Part shown: positions 22,897 through 34,121 of the stretch, one piece after another
Layout of the letters: the number at the start of each line of letters is the position of its first letter
Position numbering within the stretch: position 1 is the stretch's first letter
DNA from: a bacterium
GTDB taxonomy: Bacteria > UBA8248 > JACPRG01 > G963555815
Assembly: GCA_965261595.1 (NCBI GenBank)
Contig: CBDHDG010000006.1
Location: 1,504,001 to 1,568,000, forward strand
Direction: 5' to 3'
DNA length: 64,000 nucleotides
Made by a program: the position numbers and the translations under genes
Notes under the pieces: generated by a model
Database searches by the model: none
What the model was told of the DNA's origin: nothing
Seen by the model: only the letters and a program-made list of their open reading frames with translations

Positions 22897-23377
22897 ATTA
22901 TTGGTGGCGATCATTCGTGAACATGCGCCGGAAGACATTTGGCAAGACTCGCCGCTGATCGGCTATCGGATGCTCGGAAATACTAATCGGGGGGAGATTG
23001 GAGAGGAATTCGTCCGGCGATACTTGTCAGCACACGATATAAAGATAGGCAACGGTGGCCGAACGTCAAGGACAGATCTTCGGATTGAGGATGCGCGATT
23101 GGAAGTGAAGACCGCCTCCCTCGGGGCGAACGGCACGTTCCAATTCAATCATGTCCGGCTTGATCGTCAGTATGATCATCTTTTGTGTTTGGGGATTTGT
23201 CCGAAGAAGGTTGTGTTCAACACGTGGAGAAAAGGCGAGATCGCGGAGAATCGGGCCGGGAGACTGGTTCGGATGGCGGAAGGCCAGGCAGTCACGTACA
23301 AGCTCACAAAGAGGCTGTCCGAAATGGAAGCAATCGATGGTTTTCCTGGGCGTGTTCGAAGCTGGGAGACCCAATGA
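22883..23377 (+). CDS. Putative type II restriction endonuclease, PD-(D/E)xK fold
   Basis: G.IGEEF helix, TD..IED.RLEVKTA catalytic motif; overlaps the methylase. Confidence 0.72.
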   Translation: MNAVELLVAIIREHAPEDIWQDSPLIGYRMLGNTNRGEIGEEFVRRYLSAHDIKIGNGGRTSRTDLRIEDARLEVKTASLGANGTFQFNHVRLDRQYDHLLCLGICPKKVVFNTWRKGEIAENRAGRLVRMAEGQAVTYKLTKRLSEMEAIDGFPGRVRSWETQ

Positions 23378-23562
23378 AAAGAGACAGAATCATGACAGAA
23401 AAACCGAAACCTGTAGAGGTGGAAATGGTCGATTCGTTCTACCAGCCCTCAAAGGCAGAGTTGGAGGAGGATCTGCGCGTTGACGTTGGAGTTAATGAAG
23501 CGGTCGATGCTTTGGCTCAGAGTGTGACGATTAGACATATTCCACGCCCGAAGAAGGATTGA
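23374..23562 (+). CDS. Small hypothetical protein at the IS1595 right end
   Basis: ATGA coupling to the endonuclease; 62 aa. Confidence 0.5.
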   Translation: MKRDRIMTEKPKPVEVEMVDSFYQPSKAELEEDLRVDVGVNEAVDALAQSVTIRHIPRPKKD

Positions 23563-23745
23563 CCCAACAGTTAATAATTTCCGGAACCTATTGAGATTAG
23601 CTATTGACTCCGCTTCGGCACTTTGCTACATAATTCCCTTCGCTTCGGAGCGCGAGCGCGTGGAGCATCTGTTCGCCCTGTACGAGAAAATGCGCGCGCC
23701 CCTGGAGGCAGGGGTGAGGAAAAAACCGAGACGGCGGAGGAGCAG

Positions 23746-24537
23746 GTGAAGGTGAACGATCTCCATGTAGCCGCATTGTTGTACCGCGTCGAGCATGGCG
23801 AATCGGTTTCTTACAAAGAGGCTGAGCCGCTCGTTCGCCATGAGCCCGCCTTTCGTCTGGAAGTCAAAGACAATCAAGCCCGTTTTGAATTGAAAGACCA
23901 TTACGCGGCGGAAGAGGATGCGCTGGAAGCAATTGAAGACTACATTTGCGCTTGGGAGTTCGAAGCTCGCCTTGAGAATGGGCCGGACTCATTTCGATTG
24001 AAATTCCAAAAAGCGGAGATTATAGACCGAAATCCGACGCCCGGTGAGATCCACATACGCGGCGCCTTAACAGGCGAACCCGCCAAACTTTCAGGCAGAC
24101 TCATCCTTGGGTTTCGTAATTATCCTTCACCTCCATCAGCCATCAGAATCGACGCCGATGTTCGGACGATGTTCGATCGATATATGAATTATCGGCGAAG
24201 GGTCGATCGACTTACGGAGGTGGCTAATTTTTGCCTGACCATGCTTGAATACATGACGGAACAAATAAAATGGAACAAAGAATCCAAACGAAAAGCCGCT
24301 TCCCGGTATTTTCAGATCGACATGAAAATTCTTGGGGAAATTGGCCGTCTTTCCTCAACAAGAGGCGGTCCCTCGGGGGCAAGAAAGGCGACTGGCGTCG
24401 CCACGGACCTGACACAGAATGAACGTCATTTTCTCAAAGAGGCGATCAAGAAAATGATTCGCCGCGCGGCTGAGAAGGCTCATCGTCCTGATGCGGATTT
24501 GCCCAAAATCTCATTGACTGATCTGCCGCCGATATGA
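23746..24537 (+). CDS. Hypothetical protein, possibly HEPN/MauJ-like
   Basis: GTGA coupling to the MmeI-like stop; beta-rich N-terminus and helical C-terminus; family assignment tentative. Confidence 0.55.
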   Translation: MKVNDLHVAALLYRVEHGESVSYKEAEPLVRHEPAFRLEVKDNQARFELKDHYAAEEDALEAIEDYICAWEFEARLENGPDSFRLKFQKAEIIDRNPTPGEIHIRGALTGEPAKLSGRLILGFRNYPSPPSAIRIDADVRTMFDRYMNYRRRVDRLTEVANFCLTMLEYMTEQIKWNKESKRKAASRYFQIDMKILGEIGRLSSTRGGPSGARKATGVATDLTQNERHFLKEAIKKMIRRAAEKAHRPDADLPKISLTDLPPI

Positions 24538-24871
24538 GCGATGACGCTCTGACTTTCGCCACAGGTCTGTAACGACGCCCCTTCCGCGTTCAACCGCACG
24601 TTTCGGAATCACTCCCCCCTTGAGGCTCAATCTCGACTGACTAGGGAGGGGTTGGTTCGTCATTCCGGCGCAGGCCGGAATCCATTTTTCTTCGGTCGTC
24701 CACAAGGGCCACAGATGCGGGATAGCGGCAGGGAAGGCCAGGCATGGCGGGAGTGAAAGGATTCGGCTGCTCTCAATGTGCTTGACGGAATCCGGTGCTT
24801 TTCAGATATGGTAGCAAGATTTTGATGAATGCTGTTTTGCAGGCACATAGAAATAATCAAGCAGAGGCACG

Positions 24872-26856
24872 GTGCCTGACCACAACTACTTCGCCAACCT
24901 GATCTGGCAGATCGCCGATCTGCTGCGCGGCCCCTATCGGCCGCCCCAGTACGAGCGCGTCATGCTGCCCATGACCGTATTGCGGCGCTTCGACTGCGTG
25001 CTAGGGCCGACGAAAGCCGATGTCCTGGCCGAATACGAGAGGCGTGGAAGCAGGCTCGTCGGCGAAGCCTTAGACTCACGACTGAACAGGGCCGCGGACC
25101 AGCGCTTTCACAACCGCTCGTCCCTTGACTTCGAGAAGTTGAAAGGCGATCCTGACAACGTCGACAAGCATCTCGTCAATTATATCGTGGGCTTTTCGAA
25201 CAACGTCCGCGATATCTTCGAGTTCTTCGAGTTCGAGAACGAGATCGAGCGGATGCGCGAGGCGAACATCCTCTACCTCGTGGTCTCGAAGTTCGCCGAT
25301 GTCGACCTGCACCCCGATACGGTCCCTAACGAGCAGATGGGGCTCATCTTCGAGAACCTGATCCGCCGCTTCAACGAGCTGGCCAACGAGACCGCCGGCG
25401 ACCATTTCACGCCGCGCGAGGTCATCCGCCTGATGGTGAGCATCCTGTTCATCGAAGATGATGAACTGCTCGCCACGCCCGGCGCCGTCCGCAAGCTGCT
25501 CGATCCGGCCTGCGGCACCGGCGGCATGCTGGCGGAGGCGCAGAACTATTTGCGCGATCACCACGGCGAGGCGAGGTTGTTCGTCTACGGCCAGGACTAC
25601 AACAAGCGCGCCTTCGCCACCGCCGCCTCCGACATGCTGATGAAGCAGGTGGATCACAACGGCGGCGGCAATAACGTCCGGTACGGCGACAGCTTCACGG
25701 AGGACAGGTTCGACGATCAGACCTTCGACTACTTCCTCACCAATCCGCCCTTCGGCGTGGACTGGAAGAAGCAGCAAAAGGAGATCAAGCAGGATCACGA
25801 CAAGCGCGGCTACGACGGCCCCTTCAGCGCCGGGCTGCCCCGCGTAAACGACGGCTCGCTGCTCTTCCTGCAGCACATGTGGCACAAGCGGGGGCCCGTG
25901 CGGCCGGCGGAACACAAGCACGGCTCGCGGCTCGCCATCGTCTTCAGCGGCTCGCCTCTCTTTACCGGCGGCGCGGGCTCGGGCGAGAGCAACATCCGCA
26001 AGTGGATCATCGAGAGCGACTGGCTCGAGGCCATCGTCGCCCTGTCTGAGCAGATGTTCTACAACACCGGCATCGGCACCTACGTTTGGATCCTTACTAA
26101 CCGCAAGGAGAAGCGGCGCAAGGGCAAAATCCAGCTCCTGGATGCGCGTAACGTGTGGACCGCAGGGGGAACGAGGACAACAGGCGCAGCTTGGGCGACA
26201 AGCGCCGGCACCTCTCCAGAGAGCAGATCGAGGAGATCGTGCGCCTGTACGGCCGCTTCGAGGAGAACGACCGCTCGAAGCTCTTCGACAACGCCGACTT
26301 CGGCTACACACGCGTCACCGTCGAGCGGCCCTTGCGCCTGCGCTACCGGATGACCCTGGAAGACAAGGCCCGTTTCCTCGATGCGTGTCCGCACCTGCTC
26401 GATGACGTGCAGGCCATCGACGAGACACTGGGACGCGAACCCATCTGCGACTGGAACGCCATGTGGCACCGCATCGAGGATTTGCTCCACGCACGCGGAT
26501 CCCGCTGGAAGGCGGCCGAGCGTAACCTTTTCCGCAGCGTCTTCACACAGAAGGATTCCGAAGCCGAGCCGGTCGCAAAGGGTCCGAGCGTCGAGGAGTA
26601 CGAACCCGACACCGACCTGCGCGACTTCGAGAACGTGTCGCTCAAGGACGACATCGACGCCTATTTCGAACGCGAGGTGCATCCCCACGTGCCCGACGCC
26701 TGGATGGACCGCAGCAAGGACAAGGTCGGCTACGAGATCAACTTCAACCGGCACTTCTACAAGTACACGCCGCCGCGGCCTCTGGAGGAGATCGATGCGG
26801 AGTTGAAGCAGGCCGAGGAAGAGATCATACGCCTGCTGCGGGAGGTGACGGAGTGA
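24872..26856 (+). pseudogene. hsdM: Type I RM methyltransferase subunit, frameshift at about 26165 in a G run
   Basis: IWQIADLLRG, GDHFTPREV, DPACGTGG, NPPF, MFYNTGI; second frame continues to VGYEINFNRHFY. Confidence 0.92.
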
Positions 26857-28082
26857 GGCCCGTGGCTGAGCAACTGGCACCAATATCTCCGGATGGCTGG
26901 GGGACGACGCAGCTCAGATATGCGTCAACTTGCCTTGATGGACGTCGGGTGCCGCTCAACGCGAACAGCGATCACGGCGGCAGGGAGAGTACCCGTATTG
27001 GGGTGCCAACGGAGTTGTTGATTCTATTGATGAATATCTTTTCGATGAACCGCTGGTCCTAATCGGAGAAGATGGTGCACCGTTTTTTGATTCGAACAGA
27101 CCGGTTGCCTTCTCGTAACCGAAAAGGTCTGGGTCAATAACCACATTCACGTCTTGAAGATCGGACGAAACTTCGACTCACGCTTTGTGACCAATTGTCT
27201 TATGTGACGGACTACGGTCCGCATATCGAGGGCAGCACCAGGGACAAGCTGACACAGGAAAAAATGGGAAGCATTAGGCTTCCGTCCCCGCCTCTGCCCC
27301 AGCAACGTGCCATCGCCGACTACCTCGACCGCGAGACGGCGCGGCTGGATGCGTTGGTGGCGGCGAAGGAGCGGGTACTCGCTCTATTGGCCGAGAAGCG
27401 CCGGGCGCTCATCACCAGAGCCGTCACCCGCGGCCTCGATCCCGACGTTCCGATGCGCGCCTCCGGCATCCCGTGGCTGGGAGAGATCCCGGCGCATTGG
27501 GAGACTGAACGCGCGCGATGGCTGTTCAGGGAGCGCGATGAACGCTCCGACACGGGAGAGGAGGAACTCCTCACGGTGTCGCACCTCACTGGCGTAACTC
27601 TTCGTTCAGAGAAGGCCGTCAACATGTTCGAGGCGGCCACGACAGAAGGATACAAAATCTGTCTCTCAGGCGATCTCGTAATCAACACACTGTGGGCATG
27701 GATGGGCGCGATGGGCGTGTCGCCGGTTGACGGTATCGTTAGTCCGGCCTACAACGTCTATGAGCCCGGAGCGCGTCTTGATCCGAGCTACATCGACGCC
27801 TTGGTGCGTTTGCCGGTCTTCGCTCAGGAGGTAACGCGATACTCAAAGGGTGTGTGGTCATCCCGGCTGCGCCTCTATCCGGAAGGCTTCTTCGCGGTCT
27901 CACTTCCTGTGCCCCCGCTCAGCGAGCAGCGCGAGATCGTTGCCTACATAGTGAAGGAGACTGGCAAGTTGGACGAGCTGCGTGCCGCGACGGAACGAAC
28001 CACGGTCTTACTCAAAGAGCGCCGCGTCGCCCTCACGGCTGCGGCCGTGACCGGGCAGATCGATGTGGGGAGCGCGACATGA
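26853..28082 (+). pseudogene. hsdS: Type I RM specificity subunit, about three frameshifts in TRD1
   Basis: YPYWGANG and WVNNH.HV in shifted frames; PPL..Q..I conserved regions, SGIPWLGEIP.HW, AAVTGQIDV. Confidence 0.9.
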
Positions 28083-28160
28083 TCGTCACGGGCCTTAAAC
28101 TCGCCAACCTCCGCGCGACCGAGATATCCGAGTTTCGATTCCAGCCGGGATTCAGGCTGA
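28079..28160 (+). pseudogene. N-terminal stub of an AAA/ABC-type ATPase
   Basis: MIVTGLKLANLRATEISEFRFQPGF, coupled to hsdS by ATGA; breaks off before the Walker A. Confidence 0.5.
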
Positions 28161-28226
28161 AAGCCATTCGCCTTGGCTCCGAAACGCTCGACATGAGTGC
28201 AGCTTCCAAAGCGGCGAAGAACAAGA

Positions 28227-30257
28227 ATGGCGTTCGAACCACGGAAGAGAACCGTAGCGACGACGGATGCGACAATGGCTGATATTGACAACCGAGTTCT
28301 CTTGCCCGGACGTACGGCGGACGAGCTTGTATTGACGGTTGCTGGGAATCTCGTCAAGCACCTCGGCGTGCAGATGTACGCGGGCCGGCCCGTCCCGGCA
28401 ATTGCGGAACTGATCTCAAACGCGTGGGACGCTGATGCAACGGAGGTTGACGTTCGTCTTCCGCTGGACGAAGGCTGGGATCCGGCCAACGAAGGTCAAT
28501 CCATCACGGTCTCAGACAACGGTAGTGGAATGACATGGGACATGGTGCGACACGCCTACCTGAACGTCGGCAGGGATCGACGAAAAACAGAGGGCAAGGA
28601 CAGGTCGCCGGCGGGCCGCCGCCTTCAGGGTCGAAAGGGCGTTGGAAAACTCGCGGGCTTCGGTATTGCCGACACGCTCGAAATACAGACCATCCACGAG
28701 GCGGAGGACCCAGATATAAAGAAACAGGTCCTCATTTGGTTCAGACTTGAGTTGTCTGACATTACGCAGATCGAGAGTGGGCCAGCGCCGGTACACGTAA
28801 TTTTTGCAGGACCAGTTAGTGAAGCTCGGCCCGAGGTCAGGAAGTCGAAGGGTACAACCGCCACTCTGCGCCATCTGCACGAACGTCGGGCGATTAACAG
28901 CGATCGTTTTCACGGCAGCATGGGCCGACGTTTCCTTCTTTTGAAGAACTTTCAAGTACAAATAAACGACCAGGAGCTACAGGAAGATGACGTGAATCTT
29001 CAACTACGAAAACCGGATAACGGTTGGAAGACGGACGAAGTTCAAGGATGTGGCCCCGTTGAATATTGGATCGGCTTCACGGAGCATCCGCGCCAGCAAA
29101 ATCAAGGAGAATCGAACGGCGTATTGGTCTACACCAGGGGGAAAATTTCCCAAGAGGAAACCTTCTTCGAGATTAGCGGAGGCGTCACGGGCCAACACGG
29201 CCTTCGATACCTTGTCGGCAAGGTACGGGCCGAATGGCTGGATGCGGGAGTAGATTCGCCGGATCACATCGCGACGCCAAGAGATTCAATCGCCTGGGAA
29301 AGCCCAGAGGGCACGGCCTTCAGAGATTGGGGGCAACGCCTCCTCAGAACGTGCCTGTCCGATTGGGCAAAGTTCCGATCATCTCTTCGAGAACGGCAGG
29401 TTAAGGAAATCGATTCGGATGTCTATAGACGTATCGAAAATCTAGCACCGACGTATAGGGACGCCGCGCTTCGGTTCGTGGAAAAGTTCAAGTCGGTCGA
29501 GATGGAGCCGTCGGAATTTCAAGACATTCTTTCCTGGTTCCTGGGCGCGCTCGAGAATGCAACGCTGCGAAGCATCCTTCAGAAACTTCGCGACACGGAC
29601 GTTGCGGATCTTCAACAACTTGACGACCTTCTCTCCAAGATGGAAGTGCGGATAGCAGTCACGCTCCTGCAGATCATCGAAGGTAATCTCACGGCCATCG
29701 AGACGTTGGAAAGAATGTACCATAAAGATGCAAAGGAACGAGGAGTCATTGCGAAACACTTGGAGAAAAACCCGTGGCTGATCGATCCGACATGGATGCT
29801 CAACAAGGCCGAGGGGCGCGTTGCAACGTGGATCGAAAGTGAATTCGGCCTCAAGAGGGAACTGCAGGCGGGAGACGATGATCGCGTCGACTTCTTTTGT
29901 GTCGCCGTGGGCGGGACACTGCACATCGTCGAAATCAAGCGTGGGGCTCATGTTGGCAAGGAAGAAGATATTCTCCAAGCGGAAAAATACCGTCGTTACG
30001 TTGAAGAGCGATTTCAGGAACTCACGGAACCGAACGCGATCAAGTATTCCCATGTGCAAGCTCACCTTATTGCATCCAAATTGCATGAGGATGCCCGGAA
30101 CTTGAAGCAGGCGTATGCAGACAAGGGATGGGTGTTCTTTGCTACTTGGGATGATCTGATCGAGCGTGCGAAGCAGAGCCACCATCAGTTTCGAGAAGCG
30201 CTCCAAAGGCGAGCACTCGAGAACGACCCCGATGGAACGACGGAAGGGGCTACATAG
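28227..30257 (+). CDS. MORC/GHKL ATPase with C-terminal PD-(D/E)xK nuclease
   Basis: [29 protein letters not shown]-terminal DRVD..IVEIKRG. Confidence 0.88.
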   Translation: MAFEPRKRTVATTDATMADIDNRVLLPGRTADELVLTVAGNLVKHLGVQMYAGRPVPAIAELISNAWDADATEVDVRLPLDEGWDPANEGQSITVSDNGSGMTWDMVRHAYLNVGRDRRKTEGKDRSPAGRRLQGRKGVGKLAGFGIADTLEIQTIHEAEDPDIKKQVLIWFRLELSDITQIESGPAPVHVIFAGPVSEARPEVRKSKGTTATLRHLHERRAINSDRFHGSMGRRFLLLKNFQVQINDQELQEDDVNLQLRKPDNGWKTDEVQGCGPVEYWIGFTEHPRQQNQGESNGVLVYTRGKISQEETFFEISGGVTGQHGLRYLVGKVRAEWLDAGVDSPDHIATPRDSIAWESPEGTAFRDWGQRLLRTCLSDWAKFRSSLRERQVKEIDSDVYRRIENLAPTYRDAALRFVEKFKSVEMEPSEFQDILSWFLGALENATLRSILQKLRDTDVADLQQLDDLLSKMEVRIAVTLLQIIEGNLTAIETLERMYHKDAKERGVIAKHLEKNPWLIDPTWMLNKAEGRVATWIESEFGLKRELQAGDDDRVDFFCVAVGGTLHIVEIKRGAHVGKEEDILQAEKYRRYVEERFQELTEPNAIKYSHVQAHLIASKLHEDARNLKQAYADKGWVFFATWDDLIERAKQSHHQFREALQRRALENDPDGTTEGAT

Positions 30258-31360
30258 TGACCGACTTGAAGCCCATTGCAATTGACATTTTTGCCGGCTG
30301 CGGCGGCCTGACGACCGGTCTACGAGGTGCCGGGTTTCATGTCGCCGCAGCGGTGGAGATCGACCCCATTGCCGCAGAGTCGCACCGGCGCAATCATCGC
30401 CGCACGAAATTGATTGAGAAGGACATACGGGAAGTATCGGCCCGCGAGATTCTGCATGCCGTCGGTAGCAGCAACGTCTCGCTGCTGGCTGGATGCGCGC
30501 CCTGCCAGGGATTTTGTTCCCTCACGGCAAAATACAAAAGAGACGATCCACGCAATGAACTTGTCTTGGTAATGGCTGACCTGATTGAGGCGATTCAGCC
30601 CATGGCGGTCATGATGGAAAACGTCCCAGGCTTGGTAAATAGAGGAAGCGCGATATTCGAAAGATTCATCGATATGCTTCGGAGGAACGGATATCAAGAG
30701 GAGTGGCGGGTGGAGCAGATGGCGAACTTTGGTGTACCGCAATCTCGAAGACGATTGGTTCTCCTGGCTGGGCGAGGCTTCAAGATTAATCTCCCGGTGC
30801 CTTCGCGTGTCCGTTCCCCGAAGCAAGAAGTTGACCAGAGTCCTTGGGTGACCATACGGGAGGCGATTGGTCACATGGACAAGCCAGTGACCCTCAAGAC
30901 CGCGCTGCAGACCGGCGGGCCGTTGTCATATAACTGGCACGTAGTCCGTGACCTTCTGCCGAGGACGAAGGAGCGTTTACGCGCCGCCGAGCCTGGTAAG
31001 ACCTGGCGGACACTTGATGAATCGTTGCGGCCTCCCTGCCATCAAAATGGGTACAATGGCTTTACCAACGTGTACGGCAGAATGGCATGGGACCAAGCCT
31101 CCCCGACGATTACCGGTGGATGTACGACGCCGTGCAAGGGCAGATTTGGACATCCCGACAGTCGCAGATATACGATCTCCGTTAGGGAGGCTGCGCTGCT
31201 TCAAACCTTCCCGCAGAACTACCGGTTCATGACGGATCGAATGGACGCGGTGTGCGATATGATCGGAAACGCTGTTCCTCCGCTCTACGCGAAACTGGCT
31301 GCCAAACAGGTCTTGAACTCAATCAGGGGCCAGGGTGGCCGGAACTGCCTGACGGCATGA
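30257..31360 (+). CDS. dcm: DNA cytosine-5 methyltransferase
   Basis: [28 protein letters not shown]. Confidence 0.95.
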   Translation: MTDLKPIAIDIFAGCGGLTTGLRGAGFHVAAAVEIDPIAAESHRRNHRRTKLIEKDIREVSAREILHAVGSSNVSLLAGCAPCQGFCSLTAKYKRDDPRNELVLVMADLIEAIQPMAVMMENVPGLVNRGSAIFERFIDMLRRNGYQEEWRVEQMANFGVPQSRRRLVLLAGRGFKINLPVPSRVRSPKQEVDQSPWVTIREAIGHMDKPVTLKTALQTGGPLSYNWHVVRDLLPRTKERLRAAEPGKTWRTLDESLRPPCHQNGYNGFTNVYGRMAWDQASPTITGGCTTPCKGRFGHPDSRRYTISVREAALLQTFPQNYRFMTDRMDAVCDMIGNAVPPLYAKLAAKQVLNSIRGQGGRNCLTA

Positions 31361-31833
31361 GCCGATGGCCGGGTAACGCCCAAAAAGAACATACGACGTT
31401 CGGAGGGTTGCGGCGTGACCAGCTTATGTCTCGCGTACGTGGCACGGGGAACCAAACGACTGAGAGACGTCTAGCGTCCCTGCTTCGCCAAGCTCATCTG
31501 GCCGGATGGCGCAGACATCAACCTCTTCCCGGGAAGCCGGATTTCGCTTGGCGATCCGCCATGGTCGCCGTTTTCGTAGATGGTTGCTTTTGGCACGGTC
31601 ACGACTGCGGCAAGAACGTCACACCGAAGACGAACGCTCGGGCGTGGCAGGAGAAAATCGAGCGCAACCAAGCCCGGGACCGGCGAGTCTCTCGCAAGCT
31701 GCGTCAGGCGGGTTGGACGGTGATCCGAATCTGGGAGTGCCACCTCAGAAAGAACCCGAAACGGTGCCTAGCAAGAATCAAGAGGGCAGTAATCAACCAT
31801 AATAGTGGGCGTGGGAGAGATGTTCTGCCATGA
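31357..31833 (+). CDS. vsr: Very short patch repair endonuclease
   Basis: [34 protein letters not shown] coupling to dcm. Confidence 0.93.
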   Translation: MSRWPGNAQKEHTTFGGLRRDQLMSRVRGTGNQTTERRLASLLRQAHLAGWRRHQPLPGKPDFAWRSAMVAVFVDGCFWHGHDCGKNVTPKTNARAWQEKIERNQARDRRVSRKLRQAGWTVIRIWECHLRKNPKRCLARIKRAVINHNSGRGRDVLP

Positions 31834-31870
31834 ATACAAGATGGTACCAATTTCGTCTCACCGGCCTCCC

Positions 31871-33281
31871 TGGAGTTGACCCGTTTTTGTGGACACCTTC
31901 AGACTGTGCGGAGGAGGGGTTCAGATGCCGAAAACTCATTCACCCTACGCGCCGGAGTACCGGCGCCAGATGGTTGAGCTGGTTCGCTCGGGCCGCACAC
32001 CCGGGGAGCTGGTTCGCGAGTTCGAGTGTTCCGCTTCGGCGATTCGCAACTGGGTACGTCAGGCCGATCGGGACGAAGGCCGTCGTGAGGATGGTCTGAC
32101 AAGCGCCGAGCTTGAGGAGCTGCGACGGCTTCGTCGAGAGGTTCGTCAGCTTCGCGAAGAACGCGAGATACTGGCAAAAGCTACGGCTTGGTTCGCTCGG
32201 GAGACCGGCTCGGTCCGGGCGAAGTCCTCGAGCTCGTGAAGGCGAATCAGGCCCATCATCGGGTGGCCACGATGTGCCGGGTGCTGGGCGTCTCCCCCAG
32301 CGGGTACTACGCGTGGCGAGGCCGTGGGCGTTGTCCTCGTGCGAAGCGCGAGGAGGCGTTGCGTGGCACGATCCGGGCCATCCACGAGGTATCTGGTGGC
32401 ACCTACGGGGCGCCTCGGGTCCATGCCGAGCTGATGGCCGGCGGCTGCCGGGTGAGCCGCAAACGGGTGGCTCGTCTGATGTGCGAGGCAGGGTTGGCCG
32501 GGGTGAGCCGACGCCGAGGCATGCGCACTACGCGCGTGGACCAGAGCCATTGTGTGGTCCCGGACCGGGTCGAACGCCAGTTCCAGGCCGATGCGCCGGA
32601 TCGGCTTTGGGTGGCCGACGTGACCTACGTGCCGACCTGGACGGGGTTCGTGTACCTGGCCATCGTGCTCGACGTGTTCAGCCGCCGGGTGGTGGGATGG
32701 TCCATGACCCACCATCTTCGTACCGAACTGGTGCTCGGGGCGCTGAACATGGCGTTGGGACAGCGCCGGCCCGAAGGGGTCGTGCATCATTCCGACCAGG
32801 GCTCGCAGTACACCTCGCTCGCCTTTGGCAAACGGTGCCGGGAGATGGGGGTGGTTCCCTCGACCGGGTCGGCCGGGGATTGCTTCGACAACGCCATGGC
32901 CGAGAGCTTCTTTGCCACGCTGGAGTGTGAACTCATCGACCGGCGTTCGTTCCATACCCAGGCCCAGGCGCGCATGGCGATCTTCCAATTCATCGAAGGC
33001 TGGTACAACCCACGCCGCCGGCACTCCGCCCTGGGTTACCTCAGCCCCAACGACTTCGAACGCACCGCGGCGAAGGCAACGCCACGTGCGGTGCGCAACG
33101 CTCATCGTCCGGCTCGAGGCGTCCCCGGCGCTTCCCAGAGCGGCGAGCCAAAGGGAAAAACATACCCTCCGGGGGGACCCCATCGATCGGTCTTGGGTAA
33201 GACTGTACGTCCACCGGCTGTCGCTCACCTCAGGGCTGGGGACGACAGCCATAAACTGTCCACGAAAGCGGGGTAAATCCA
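31871..33281 (+). mobile_element. IS3-family IS, apparently intact (orfA 31925-32239, orfB 32236-33276)
   Basis: TG...CA ends with IRs, TCCC duplication on both sides, WVADVTY, HHSDQGSQY, DNAMAESFF. Confidence 0.95.
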
Positions 33282-33474
33282 TCCCAAGAAGACAAGGGAC
33301 AGATCAAGACGATTGGACGATCAATACTCTCTGGGCATGGATGGCCCTATGGGTTGTGTTCCCAACGGCATCATCAGGTCCGTCTACACCGTATACGAAA
33401 CGATCGAGCGGCTCGACCCAGCGCATGATCAGGGAAACTCACAGTGACGCCAAGTACAATTGGCCCACACCTAA

Positions 33475-33750
<276 letters not shown>

Positions 33751-33766
33751 CAGTAGGGAACTCGGC

Positions 33767-34120
33767 ATGCGGTTCAAACTGGACGAGAATCTGCCAGTCG
33801 AACTAGCGGATATGTTTCGCGAGGCCGGGCATGATGCGGTGACTGTGCTCGACCAAGATCTTAGGGGAGCGCGGGATCCTGATCTTGCATCGGCCTGCAT
33901 GCGCGAGGGCCGAGTTATTGTCACGTTCGATACGGATTTTGCGGACATCCGGACGTACCCGCCCGGTGCGTATCCCGGGTTTGTCATATTTCGGCTGGAC
34001 AGCCAAGCGCGCGGCCATGTATTGGAGATCGGAACGCGGTTGCTCAAGATACTGTCCAGCGCCACGATCGACGGTCAGCTCTGGATCGTGGAAGAATCGC
34101 GCGTTCGAGTGCGGCAGTGA
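33767..34120 (+). CDS. DUF5615 PIN-like toxin (VapC45-like)
   Basis: MRFKLDENLP, GHDA.TV, EGRVIVTFDTDF. Confidence 0.9.
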   Translation: MRFKLDENLPVELADMFREAGHDAVTVLDQDLRGARDPDLASACMREGRVIVTFDTDFADIRTYPPGAYPGFVIFRLDSQARGHVLEIGTRLLKILSSATIDGQLWIVEESRVRVRQ

Positions 34121-34121
34121 A

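Larger units (their letters stand above)
20829..23638 (+). mobile_element. IS1595-family transporter IS carrying passenger genes
   Basis: 26-bp IRs GGGAATTATGTAG(G/C)AAAGTGCCGAAG with one mismatch; 8-bp target duplication TTCGCTTC at 20821-20828 and 23639-23646. Confidence 0.95.
19930..23749 (+). pseudogene. MmeI-like type IIL RM enzyme, C-terminal (TRD) part; nonsense at 20461 and interrupted by IS1595
   Basis: GSKPIDGG, VSSERREY.PIG, MHMAW.R.IGGRLKSDYRYS..LVYNT.P, LYDPDLMP..L..AH..LDRAVDRLY; resumes at 23639 with FASERERVEHLFALY. Confidence 0.9.

Noticed and set aside
24659..24684. GTCATTCCGGCGCAGGCCGGAATCCA palindrome
   Set aside because: Common REP-like hairpin, single copy here; no array or further structure
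33885..34121. N-terminal extension of HsdR
   Set aside because: Overlaps the PIN gene; ATG 34122 (MKRTSE) is the plausible start
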